A stretch of DNA of 64,000 bases from assembly GCA_903831745.1 (NCBI GenBank), contig CAIKYX010000261.1:4685-68684 (forward strand), in the 5' to 3' direction. The notes beneath the pieces are model-generated. The model did no database searches. It saw only the letters and a list, made by a program, of their open reading frames with translations, and was not told the origin of the DNA. Both the position numbers and the translations under genes were made by a program. Shown in pieces: positions 10,563 to 19,570 of this stretch (the stretch's first letter is position 1; every line of letters begins with the position of its first letter). The stretch is from Oligoflexia bacterium. Lineage in GTDB: Bacteria > Bdellovibrionota > UBA1018 > CAIMNF01.

Positions 10563-11477
10563 TCAACGAGTTTCGTTGGCGTTAAACAAAAACAGGTTCT
10601 TGACGAAGCCTCGGGTGTCGATTCCTTTAAAACCAAAACCATCGAGCACATAGTTTTGATTTTGCGGATAAATCACCCCAGGTTTATGGGGTATTTTCAT
10701 CATCGTCACATTATCCCAGCGGGCATTGGGCGCCCGGGATGAATAGTCTACATTCGGATTCACAATCTTAAGAAGGATGTGGTCGTCGCCCCAGCTCGTA
10801 TCATAATCGTATCCCACCACCCACACATAGTGACCGGTCGAGTAGACCCATGACTTGTGGTTGGCATCATACTTATAATAATCGGCATGAAGAAACACGC
10901 CGGTTCCCCAGTAAATATTCGAACGAATATCCTGAATGGTAATCGGTCGATTGAAGTTTCTAAGCGGTTGCCCCGGTGGTGCATCCACAGCGGACGGACC
11001 TACGACATAGGCGAACGGGTTTTGAATTCCTGATGATGCAAGATAGGCCTTTAAACAGGCCTCGGCATCTACAACCAACGTGCCCGTCTCTGCATTTGTT
11101 TTGCACTCTTTTGCAAATTCGCGAACCTGAAGCGTATAATCACCATTCAGAGGGTCTTCAACCAGTGGAAGATTGAAATTGGGATCAGGACTCCAGAGTC
11201 GATAATAGGCCATTGCATTGGCCATCGTGGTAGGCCAACACAGAGAGCTGTTTCCTTTGGTTCCGAATAAATCGCTGAGTTTTGAATCGCCTTGGTAAAC
11301 CGCGAAGCCAGGCGCAATCATTTTTGATTCCGAAAAAAGATCTTCGCCAGTAGTCGTCGGCCAAAGTACTGGAATTTGGGATTCGTCAGGAGTAGGTGAT
11401 GGATCGGGAGCCGCAAAAGCAGCGTGAGAGGCTAAAATCATTCCCATCAGAAACGGTATTTTTTGAAAAACACTCAT
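10563..11477 (-). CDS. secreted papain-like (C39-like) cysteine peptidase
   Basis: Signal peptide ending AFA; LCWPTTMANAMAYY (Cys), GHYVWVVGYD (His), KIVNP (Asn). Confidence 0.7.
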   Translation of the reverse strand: MSVFQKIPFLMGMILASHAAFAAPDPSPTPDESQIPVLWPTTTGEDLFSESKMIAPGFAVYQGDSKLSDLFGTKGNSSLCWPTTMANAMAYYRLWSPDPNFNLPLVEDPLNGDYTLQVREFAKECKTNAETGTLVVDAEACLKAYLASSGIQNPFAYVVGPSAVDAPPGQPLRNFNRPITIQDIRSNIYWGTGVFLHADYYKYDANHKSWVYSTGHYVWVVGYDYDTSWGDDHILLKIVNPNVDYSSRAPNARWDNVTMMKIPHKPGVIYPQNQNYVLDGFGFKGIDTRGFVKNLFLFNANETR

Positions 11478-11769
11478 GAAGGACTCCCTTTCATCAAACG
11501 CAGGATTACGCACCCGAGCTTGATTAAATAAGGCTTGTATAACGCCCTTCAGCTCTAGTCAACTAAAAGGGTGTAAGATTGTCCCACTCAAAAAGTCTTT
11601 AAAATCAACGCCTCAGAATACCCGGCGTTTGCGCTTCTTTCGAAATGAGAATCAAAGCGTCAAGTGGCTGGCAGGCCCGCACCATCAAAGAACCAACACT
11701 GGAAGCGCCCATCAATTTGTAGGAAAATTTAATTTGTACTCGAAAGAGAGTAATCAAAAGGAGATCAGC

Positions 11770-12066
11770 ATGAGTAAGAAAAAAGGAAAGTTCGATTTAG
11801 GCCGCTTAGTACACGATGGTGCAATCAAGGATGGCGAAAAGTTTTATTTCGTCAGCAATCCTACCCAGTGGTTCGCTGTAGCAAAACAGCCGAATGGTGA
11901 GTTTAAAATTGCTACTCCTGAAGGAACGTCGACCGTTCATGCTTACGCAACCAAATGCCTGGGAGCCGAGCCACCCGAACACGCATCCCGTTGGTTCAGA
12001 AATGATCACGGCAAGACCCTTTATGAAATCTGGCACGCCGGTGAAGAAGACCAGTACGCTGCCTGA
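11770..12066 (+). CDS. small protein resembling a RAMA/DUF4357 DNA-binding domain
   Basis: AAGGAG SD. Pattern LGRLVHDGAIKDGEKFYF...NG..I...ST...A...W...GKTL.E.W matches the RAMA-like pattern by eye. Confidence 0.6.
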   Translation: MSKKKGKFDLGRLVHDGAIKDGEKFYFVSNPTQWFAVAKQPNGEFKIATPEGTSTVHAYATKCLGAEPPEHASRWFRNDHGKTLYEIWHAGEEDQYAA

Positions 12067-12087
12067 TCTACATTTTTAGCCAGTTAT

Positions 12088-13128
12088 CTAGACTATTGCT
12101 TTAGCCGGATAACCCATGTGGGAATACGCGAGGGGGGTTGCAATCCTCCCTCGCGGAGTTCTTTGTAAAAACCCCTCTTGAACCAAGAACGGTTCATAAA
12201 CTTCTTCGAGCGTATCCCGCTCTTCCGATAACACGCTTGAAAGCGTTTCGATGCCCACCGGGCCGCCATCAAACTTATCAATCATTGCAGTCAGCAGCTT
12301 TCGATCCATCGAATCGAGGCCTCTCGCGTCGATTTCAAAAAGATTCAGCGCTTCGTTCGCGGTTTTTCGATCAATGCTAAAACCAGTAACAGTCTTGAAT
12401 TTAACCTGTGCATAATCGCGCACTCGACGGATCAAGCGATTTGCAATTCGGGGCGTACCACGGGCACGCGCTGCAATTTCAAGCGCTCCTTCATCATCAA
12501 TTTCGATCGATAACAAAAGTGCAGAACGAGTAACGATTCGAGCAAGCTCATTGACAGGATAAAAGTCGAGTCGCATTTCGACGCCGAAGCGGCCTCGAAG
12601 CGGGCTCGACAAAAGTCCGGTACGCGTGGTTGCTCCGACCAAGGTAAATCTAGGCAGATCAATACGAATGGTTCGGGCACCCGGCCCCTGACCGATGATC
12701 AAATCCAGTTTGAAATCTTCCATTGCGCCGTAAAGCACTTCTTCGATGGCCATGTGTAATCGGTGAATCTCATCGATGAACAGCACATCGCCCGGCTGAA
12801 GATTGGTCAGTACCGCCGCAAGGTCGCCCTTTTTTTCGACAGTTGGTCCGGTAACAATATGAATTTGTGTTCCCATTTCGCGGGCGATGATTTGGGCTAG
12901 AGTTGTTTTTCCGAGCCCCGGAGGACCCGCGAGCAACACATGATCGAGTGAATCTCCGCGTTGGCACGCAGCCTTGATGAAGAGTGAAATCTTTTCGCGA
13001 ACTGAATCCTGACCCACATATTCATCCAGATTCTGGGGGCGAAGTGTTTGCTCGACCTTGATTTCTCCACCATCGACTGTGGTGTTTTCGTTGATGGTTC
13101 GCGATACCAGTCGTTCTTGCTCGTTCAT
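12088..13128 (-). CDS. ruvB: Holliday junction branch migration ATPase
   Basis: [44 protein letters not shown]. Confidence 0.98.
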   Translation of the reverse strand: MNEQERLVSRTINENTTVDGGEIKVEQTLRPQNLDEYVGQDSVREKISLFIKAACQRGDSLDHVLLAGPPGLGKTTLAQIIAREMGTQIHIVTGPTVEKKGDLAAVLTNLQPGDVLFIDEIHRLHMAIEEVLYGAMEDFKLDLIIGQGPGARTIRIDLPRFTLVGATTRTGLLSSPLRGRFGVEMRLDFYPVNELARIVTRSALLLSIEIDDEGALEIAARARGTPRIANRLIRRVRDYAQVKFKTVTGFSIDRKTANEALNLFEIDARGLDSMDRKLLTAMIDKFDGGPVGIETLSSVLSEERDTLEEVYEPFLVQEGFLQRTPRGRIATPLAYSHMGYPAKAIV

Positions 13129-13782
13129 CTAGTATCCCACCTGAAGTGCTTGTTTGATCACATCTTCGACTTGGCGAAGGCCCGTGTTTTTCTTCAATGC
13201 CGATTCGATCATCATTTTGGCCTGCGCCTCTTTGTAACCCAGACCCTGAAGCGCAAGATATGCCTCGATAAAAAGTTTTTCGGAGCTACCGACTCTGATC
13301 TCGGAGTTTTTACTTCCCGGAAGATCGAGCGAAGTTTGATTTCGAAGAATTCCAGCCTCGACCTTCTTGGCGATCGTGTCCTTCAGTTCGAGAATCATTC
13401 GCTCGGCCGTTTTCTTACCCACACCCGAGATGGCCGTAAGGCCTTCTTTATCCTGGTTCAGGATCATGCTCATCAGTGAGTTTTCATCCGCATGAGAAAG
13501 AAGCCCCAGCGCCATTTTTGGACCCACTCCAGAAACACTGAGTAGGGTCATGAAAAAATTCTTTTCGTTCTTGCTGATGAAGCCATAGAGATCGAACGCA
13601 TCTTCGCGAACATGCGTATAGAGATAGGCTTCGGCGCGGTGACCAGGAACGTAGGCCTCGTAGCGAGGATGATCGGGGGTCTTAACCTGATAGCCGACCC
13701 AACCTTGTTCATCACTTCCGACGGTGAGGATCATTTCGCCATTTTGTCGTTCTTTAACGGTTCCGGATAAATAGGAAAGCAT
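13129..13782 (-). CDS. ruvA: Holliday junction binding protein
   Basis: HVRED..LYGF, VSGVGPKMAL, ISGVGKKTAERMILELK, ALQGLGY. Confidence 0.97.
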   Translation of the reverse strand: MLSYLSGTVKERQNGEMILTVGSDEQGWVGYQVKTPDHPRYEAYVPGHRAEAYLYTHVREDAFDLYGFISKNEKNFFMTLLSVSGVGPKMALGLLSHADENSLMSMILNQDKEGLTAISGVGKKTAERMILELKDTIAKKVEAGILRNQTSLDLPGSKNSEIRVGSSEKLFIEAYLALQGLGYKEAQAKMMIESALKKNTGLRQVEDVIKQALQVGY

Positions 13783-13834
13783 GAAAAACCCCTCTCAACT
13801 GTTGTTTCAATCATGGCCTGAAACGGAACGGTTT

Positions 13835-14425
13835 TCAAGGTTTGAGGCGTTCGCCCAAGCTTTTCAAAGAAGAACTCTTTTTGGTTTTTTTCGTCAGGCC
13901 AGATGCAGTAGGGGAGAGCCCTTTTCGAAGTGAAAGTGCATGTGCCACGCCCAAAGCTAAAGCATCGGACGCATCCAAAGTTGCAAAATTCTGAACCCCA
14001 AGCATCATTTGAAGCATTTTAGCAACCTGCTCCTTGTCTGCTCGACCGTGGCCCGTAATGATGCTTTTAATTTCAGTGACACTGTACTCGTAAATTTCGA
14101 GATCATGAAGCGCGCCCGTGAGCAGCACCACGCCTCTCGCCTGGCCGAGTTTAAGCGCCGAAATCGCATTCTTGGCAAAGAAAACTTTTTCGACCGCCAT
14201 GACCTGAGGTCGGTGTTTTTGTATGACTTCTGTCAGCTTTTCGTAGATTTCCTTAAGCCTCGAAGGGGTTGTTTCGTCGACGGGAATTTTTTCGTATTCC
14301 TTATGAAAAAGACGAATTGTTCCATGCTCGAGGACGCGGATCTGGTTTCCTGTCTTTTCGACACAGCCAAAACCAAGAAGTCTCGAGCCCGGATCGATTC
14401 CGAGGATCTTAAGCGGTGGTTGCAT
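13835..14425 (-). CDS. ruvC: Holliday junction resolvase
   Basis: ILGIDPG, AVEKVFF, KLGQARG, GHGRADKEQV, DASDALA. Confidence 0.97.
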   Translation of the reverse strand: MQPPLKILGIDPGSRLLGFGCVEKTGNQIRVLEHGTIRLFHKEYEKIPVDETTPSRLKEIYEKLTEVIQKHRPQVMAVEKVFFAKNAISALKLGQARGVVLLTGALHDLEIYEYSVTEIKSIITGHGRADKEQVAKMLQMMLGVQNFATLDASDALALGVAHALSLRKGLSPTASGLTKKTKKSSSLKSLGERLKP

Positions 14426-15677
14426 GAACGCTAAAGTGGTCGAAGGCCAGTTTGTTCAGCATTTCAGTTTTTTCAGGATTACCTAGAATTCCGAATTCCT
14501 TGCCCACTTTGGCAAGATGTTCGAGCGCGTAATCAAGATCGTCTTTGGTATGTGACGCCATGTAACTGGTGCGAATCAATGCACACCCTTCCGGCACTGC
14601 GGGGCGAACAACCGGAGTCGTAAATACGCCCTCTTCACAAAGTTTTTGAGTGATTGCAAACGCTGTCGCATCATCACCAATCAAAAGAGGAATGATCGGA
14701 GTCTTGCTGTTCAGGGTGTTGTAACCCATTTCGCGAAGCCCTTTGCTCACATACTCTGAATTTTTACGAAGGTTTTGAATATGCTCGGGCTCGGTCTCCA
14801 TAATGTCGAGACACTTCAGCGCCGTTGCAGCCGCAGAAGGAGCCATGGCGGCAGAAAACATGAAAGGGCGGGCACGGTGCTTGATGTAGTGAACTACATC
14901 CGCTGTACCGGCAATAAATCCGCCCATGGAGGCAAACGATTTAGAGAATGTTCCCATGACGAGATCTACGTCTTGGTTAACGCCGAAATGGTGACCGGTT
15001 CCTTGTCCGAGTTCACCTAGAACACCCAAACCATGGGCATCATCGACATAAACTTTACAATTGTAGCGTTTTGCAATTTCGATAATTTTTGGAAGATTGA
15101 GGATATCGCCCGACATCGAGAACACGCCGTCCGCGATAATCATTGCGCCTTCATATTTCTGGCGGGTATTTTTAAGGATTCGCTCGAGGTCTTCCATGTC
15201 GTTGTGTCTGAAACGAAGCGTATCGCCCAGAGCAACTTGAGTTCCTTCGACGATCGACGCATGATTTTCGCGATCGCTATAAATGACATCACTTCGGCCG
15301 ATCAAACAGCCCAAGGTTCCTTGGTTTACAAAAAAACCGGTAGAAAAACAAAGAGCCGCTTCCTTACCTACGAACTTGGCCAAACGAGCTTCGAGCTCTT
15401 CATGCAAATCGAGATTTCCATTTAAAAAGCGTGATCCGGTACAGCCGGTACCGTATTTAGAGATCGCGGCTTGTGCCGCTTCCATCACCCGTGGGTCGTG
15501 GGTCAGACCTAGATAGTTATTAGAGCCGATCATGACCTGGCGTTTGCCGCCGGTGACTACGTTATTACCGGTCGATCCGGTAATCGGTCTGAAATAAGGG
15601 TATAGGCCCATGGCCTGAAGACGCTTGGCATCCTCAAATCGATAACACTTTGAAAACAAATCACCATTTCCGTTCAT
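14409..15677 (-). CDS. spt: alpha-oxoamine synthase, probably serine palmitoyltransferase
   Basis: YPYFRPI, GSNNYLGL, GTGCTGSRFLNG, NHASI, DDAHG, GTFSKS (PLP Lys). Looks closer to bacterial Spt than to BioF/Kbl by motif; substrate not proven. Confidence 0.75.
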   Translation of the reverse strand: MNGNGDLFSKCYRFEDAKRLQAMGLYPYFRPITGSTGNNVVTGGKRQVMIGSNNYLGLTHDPRVMEAAQAAISKYGTGCTGSRFLNGNLDLHEELEARLAKFVGKEAALCFSTGFFVNQGTLGCLIGRSDVIYSDRENHASIVEGTQVALGDTLRFRHNDMEDLERILKNTRQKYEGAMIIADGVFSMSGDILNLPKIIEIAKRYNCKVYVDDAHGLGVLGELGQGTGHHFGVNQDVDLVMGTFSKSFASMGGFIAGTADVVHYIKHRARPFMFSAAMAPSAAATALKCLDIMETEPEHIQNLRKNSEYVSKGLREMGYNTLNSKTPIIPLLIGDDATAFAITQKLCEEGVFTTPVVRPAVPEGCALIRTSYMASHTKDDLDYALEHLAKVGKEFGILGNPEKTEMLNKLAFDHFSVHATTA

Positions 15678-15755
15678 AAGTAAAAACTCCCCTTAATTCA
15701 ATACCTTATCTCATGTATCGGGTTTAATATCAAGGCCAAATTGGGACGTTGCATT

Positions 15756-15784
15756 ATCATATTAAAATGGTATACTATTGTCAA
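15756..15784 (-). promoter_or_regulatory. sigma70 promoter of the spt-ruvCAB operon
   Basis: Minus strand TTGACA-N17-TATGAT. It overlaps a weaker plus-strand TTGCAT-N16-TATACT (15749-15776). Confidence 0.75.
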
Positions 15785-16161
15785 GGCAGAAGAGAGATAA
15801 CTCCTTGATTCAAAAAGTAAACAGACCCGCATTTTTAACCCTTTTACAGTGCTCAAAACAGACAGAAAGCGACTCCGGATCGAGTCCTGGCGGGGGAGAT
15901 TCTTATGGTAACGGCCCGAACGACGAGTCAAAACCATCAGAAATAGCGGCCGATGCACCCCATTCGGACGAGAACGCCGAGAGCAAAAACAAGGCTCCAC
16001 CCATTGCCGCTGCAGTCGAAAAGAGCGGGATGACGGAAGTGATGAAAGAATTGTTCGAAAAGAAAAAGGAAACGCCCGCTGCTCAACCCGGCCTGACGAC
16101 CCAATATAGCGGAACCAACGGTACCGCAAAGGGTATGCTACTAAATAAAAAAGTGTATTAG
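15778..16161 (+). CDS. hypothetical, largely disordered protein
   Basis: Fills the intergenic space and has a plus-strand promoter candidate. Start uncertain. C-terminus KGMLLNKKVY. Confidence 0.45.
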   Translation: MSRQKRDNSLIQKVNRPAFLTLLQCSKQTESDSGSSPGGGDSYGNGPNDESKPSEIAADAPHSDENAESKNKAPPIAAAVEKSGMTEVMKELFEKKKETPAAQPGLTTQYSGTNGTAKGMLLNKKVY

Positions 16162-16667
16162 ACACGGGCTGCCACATCAGCAAAAAAAGTATCGAAAAGA
16201 TTCGCCCCACTCGAACCGTTAAAAACAGGATTCGAAACACTCGACCCCTGATCCAAATCATCAAAAAGCGTAATCAGCGTGTTTCCGCTGAGCAGTGGTG
16301 TCGTACTATTTACCATCGGAACCTGCCGATTAAACACGTTGGTTAAAAAATTAAAGAGTTCGTGCGAATCAGAATAACTCAAGATGAAGGTATGGTTCAT
16401 ATCCACCCCGTTATAGCGGGTTACCTGAATCTGAAACTGGGTGCTTGAGTTCAGTAACGCCATCGTGAAGTCAGTTTCGCCCGCGCCCCCGATCGCTTTC
16501 CAGTTCAGGAACAAAACAGAATGCGAACCGTGCACACTCGAACTGCTGGAAACCTGATTCGGAAGAATGACCTGACCGCATGCCGATAGCAGTAGCGCCG
16601 CACCCAGGACAAAACTCAAAGCTGATTTCCGAAACCAATTCACCCTGTGCCTTAAAGCCAGAAGCAT
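16158..16667 (-). CDS. hypothetical lipoprotein
   Basis: Lipobox LLLSA-C followed by a Ser-rich linker. Confidence 0.7.
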   Translation of the reverse strand: MLLALRHRVNWFRKSALSFVLGAALLLSACGQVILPNQVSSSSSVHGSHSVLFLNWKAIGGAGETDFTMALLNSSTQFQIQVTRYNGVDMNHTFILSYSDSHELFNFLTNVFNRQVPMVNSTTPLLSGNTLITLFDDLDQGSSVSNPVFNGSSGANLFDTFFADVAARV

Positions 16668-16754
16668 GCCACCGTTAAAACGATGAGGATCAAGATCAGG
16701 GCAAAAAGCTGTCTATATTCTAGGCAAGTGTTTCGAATGTTCGATCAATGATTT

Positions 16755-19544
16755 TCATCGATAGCGTTCATATTCGGAGTGATCCGGAGCATCCGGTGCA
16801 AGGTCGAGATAATTTCTGAAAGACTGGGTAGCTTTCGGCATGTCGCCACTATCCCGGTAAACCTGGCCCAATCGCTTGTGGATCTCGGGGTTTCCCTTAT
16901 CCAGAGCCAGCGCCGCCTGATAAAGCGCGATGGCTGAAGAAAACTGTCTCTTCAGATAATTCACGTAACCTGCTCCCATTTTGGCTTCTGGGTTTTGCGG
17001 GTCAATTTCCATCGCCTGAACAAAGGCCTTCATCGCTTCATCCAGACTGTTTCCGCGAGCGTAGATATTTCCTTCTTCGACCAAGGCGCGTACGAAACGA
17101 GGATTCAACTTCAGCTCTTCCTGCAGTTCATTCAATGCGTTTTTAATCTTACCGAGTTTTACAAAAAACTGAGCCCTTCTATAGTGCAGTTCGGGATATC
17201 GGGGCGAAACTTCGAAAACCTTGTTGAGCTGCTCTTCGGCAAGATCGAATCTCGACTCTGAGAGATAAATTTCGAAACAACGAAGGTAGCCGTACGGGTC
17301 CGAAATCTTGCGGTCTGAATAAGCCTTGAGTGCTTCAATCGCTCGTTTTTCTGCATCTTTATGAGTGAGCATTTGTCTGAGGTAAATCTCGCCTTCGATT
17401 CGATAACTCTCAGGAAAATCAGAATCCACATTCTTTGCCTGCTGTACAAACTGAAGCGCCTTATCATCCGTATGGTTCAAATAGTAAACTTCTGCAATTC
17501 CACAAAGCAAATCGGCGCGAGCCTTCGGCAACTTCGCCAGCTCTTCCTGAATTCTTCCTACGGCAGCATTCACGCCGTCCGTTTTCAATAAGCACTTGGC
17601 ACTTCCGATGATCGCAGAGAAATTATAAGGATCGAGTCGCTGGGCCAAAGAGAAGAAAAACTGGGCATCCTTACATTGATCGAGCTCACTGAGTGCGGCT
17701 GCATAAGAAGAATAAACCTCGGTGTCGATCGAATCACGCGCCATGGCTCGCCTATAAAAGTCGATGGCCTGAGTGTAATTTCCCTGAAGAAAGTCGAGAT
17801 CTCCGGCCAACCGATCGACCGAACTTTTTAATGCCGGATGAGAACGGAACTGGGCCAGGTAGCGTTTGGCATCTTCCCACTCATGGTTCTTTAACAATGC
17901 ACCAATCAGCTTGATTGCAGTTTCGCCACCCTTCGGATTCAACTCAACTGCTTTTTTGTAATTGATAACCGCTTTCTGATATTCGCCGGTCTTAAAAAAC
18001 AAGTCGCCCATTTTGATCAAAGGCACGGCTGATTTCGGAAATGCATCCTTGGCCTGCAGCAGGACAGTTACGGCCTCGTGATTTTTTCCTGCGCGAATAT
18101 CCCGTTCACCCTCAAGCACCAGCGCATACATCTGGGCAAGCTTCTGGTATTTCGAATCCTTTCCGGATTGCGCCATTAACGTATAATACTCGAGCCTCAG
18201 ATCTTCATTCTTGGGTTCAATTTCGATCGCACGATCGAGACTATCGATAGCCTCATCGGGCTGGTGAAAAAGAAGGCCAAGCTTGGATCGAAAGATCAGG
18301 GTCGACACATATTCGACCGGACTCTGAAGGGAAGGATTTGAGGTCAGGAAACCCACGTAGCGCGCGGAGTTCTTAAGCGTGCCTTTTTTCTCGCTGATTC
18401 GAACCAGACCCAGAATCGATTTTGCGTGCCTTGGATTGAGCTTAAGCGCCCGGCCATACTCTGCAAGAGCATCATCGAAGTCTCCGTTTTCTTCAAAGAG
18501 ATTACCGCGCAAATAATAGAGCTTTGGAATCGGCAGCGCGCTTGACGGAATCAAGTTCAGGTACTTAAGTGCAGTCGCTCCTTCGCCCTTTAGCGAGTAG
18601 AGCCAGCCGATATAGAAGTAAAGTACGGGATCAAACTTACCATTCACTTTCGAGTAGTCTGAAAGCTTTTGAATCGCTCCGTCGTAACGGCCGGAAGCCG
18701 CAAGAAATTCTACTTCCGCCAAGATGGTTTCAACCAACGCCAGGTCTTTTACCCGCGACAATTCAATCAGCTTGTTGATGACCGAAAACGTTTTTTCATC
18801 CTTGTTCGATGAATCAATCAGATTCAAATACGATGACGCGAGCATCGCAAGCGCCTTCACGTTCTGGGGATCATACTTCAGGGCCAGATTGAAAACATCA
18901 ACCGAACGACGATACCCCTGCACGGTATCTTCGGCGTAAGGCTTAAGTCCTTCGTTATAAATCTTCACACTCATCTCTGGATCGACTTTGCCGGTACCGC
19001 CCGAAGGAAGTTGGGGTCGAACCGCGACCATTACGACATGAGGTTTCTTTTTGGGTTCGTCATTCTCATAGGCGTATTCATAAGCAAGAATGGCGAGCAC
19101 CACGAGAATGAGAAACTGTTTTTTGGGAAGTTTGCTGCGCTTCTTTTCTTCTTTCGAAAAGAGCTCCTCAGGCCGCTCAAAAATCATGGTCGATTTTTTC
19201 TGGGTATCGCGATCCGGAAGGTCTTCAAATTCATTTAAAGGCGCGACTTGTTTCTCGGCCTCATTCTGGGTACTGACCCCGGTCTCTTCAAAAAGCCGGG
19301 TCTTATCTTCGTGAACCGCACCTTCGCGCTTGGACGGATCAAAAAGCAACGTCGCTTCCTCATCTTTGAAGTTACCTTCAAATTCCGGGTAGCTCTTCAG
19401 CTTCATTGCAAACTGATCTGGATAAACAGAGGCTTCGTCTTCAGGACCAAGCTCGCCGCTTAGGATTTTGGCTTTGACTGCCTCTGCACTCAGGGGGTCA
19501 CTGGCCTTACCGTTCTTAAAGCGTATGACATACTGATTTGCCAT
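16755..19544 (-). CDS. bitopic membrane protein: N-terminal GYF_2-like domain, TM, long TPR array
   Basis: YVIRFKNG...PLS...GELGPEDE N-domain, acidic linker, TM FLILVVLAILAY, many TPR motifs (ALKLNPRH, AVELNPKG, AMEIDPQN). Confidence 0.85.
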   Translation of the reverse strand: MANQYVIRFKNGKASDPLSAEAVKAKILSGELGPEDEASVYPDQFAMKLKSYPEFEGNFKDEEATLLFDPSKREGAVHEDKTRLFEETGVSTQNEAEKQVAPLNEFEDLPDRDTQKKSTMIFERPEELFSKEEKKRSKLPKKQFLILVVLAILAYEYAYENDEPKKKPHVVMVAVRPQLPSGGTGKVDPEMSVKIYNEGLKPYAEDTVQGYRRSVDVFNLALKYDPQNVKALAMLASSYLNLIDSSNKDEKTFSVINKLIELSRVKDLALVETILAEVEFLAASGRYDGAIQKLSDYSKVNGKFDPVLYFYIGWLYSLKGEGATALKYLNLIPSSALPIPKLYYLRGNLFEENGDFDDALAEYGRALKLNPRHAKSILGLVRISEKKGTLKNSARYVGFLTSNPSLQSPVEYVSTLIFRSKLGLLFHQPDEAIDSLDRAIEIEPKNEDLRLEYYTLMAQSGKDSKYQKLAQMYALVLEGERDIRAGKNHEAVTVLLQAKDAFPKSAVPLIKMGDLFFKTGEYQKAVINYKKAVELNPKGGETAIKLIGALLKNHEWEDAKRYLAQFRSHPALKSSVDRLAGDLDFLQGNYTQAIDFYRRAMARDSIDTEVYSSYAAALSELDQCKDAQFFFSLAQRLDPYNFSAIIGSAKCLLKTDGVNAAVGRIQEELAKLPKARADLLCGIAEVYYLNHTDDKALQFVQQAKNVDSDFPESYRIEGEIYLRQMLTHKDAEKRAIEALKAYSDRKISDPYGYLRCFEIYLSESRFDLAEEQLNKVFEVSPRYPELHYRRAQFFVKLGKIKNALNELQEELKLNPRFVRALVEEGNIYARGNSLDEAMKAFVQAMEIDPQNPEAKMGAGYVNYLKRQFSSAIALYQAALALDKGNPEIHKRLGQVYRDSGDMPKATQSFRNYLDLAPDAPDHSEYERYR

Positions 19545-19570
19545 CTAAGAATAGTTTAGCCTAAAACTCT

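Noticed and set aside
15778-16161. YjfB-like motility protein assignment from the C-terminal KG..LN..V
   Set aside because: The similarity is too short to support without a profile search.
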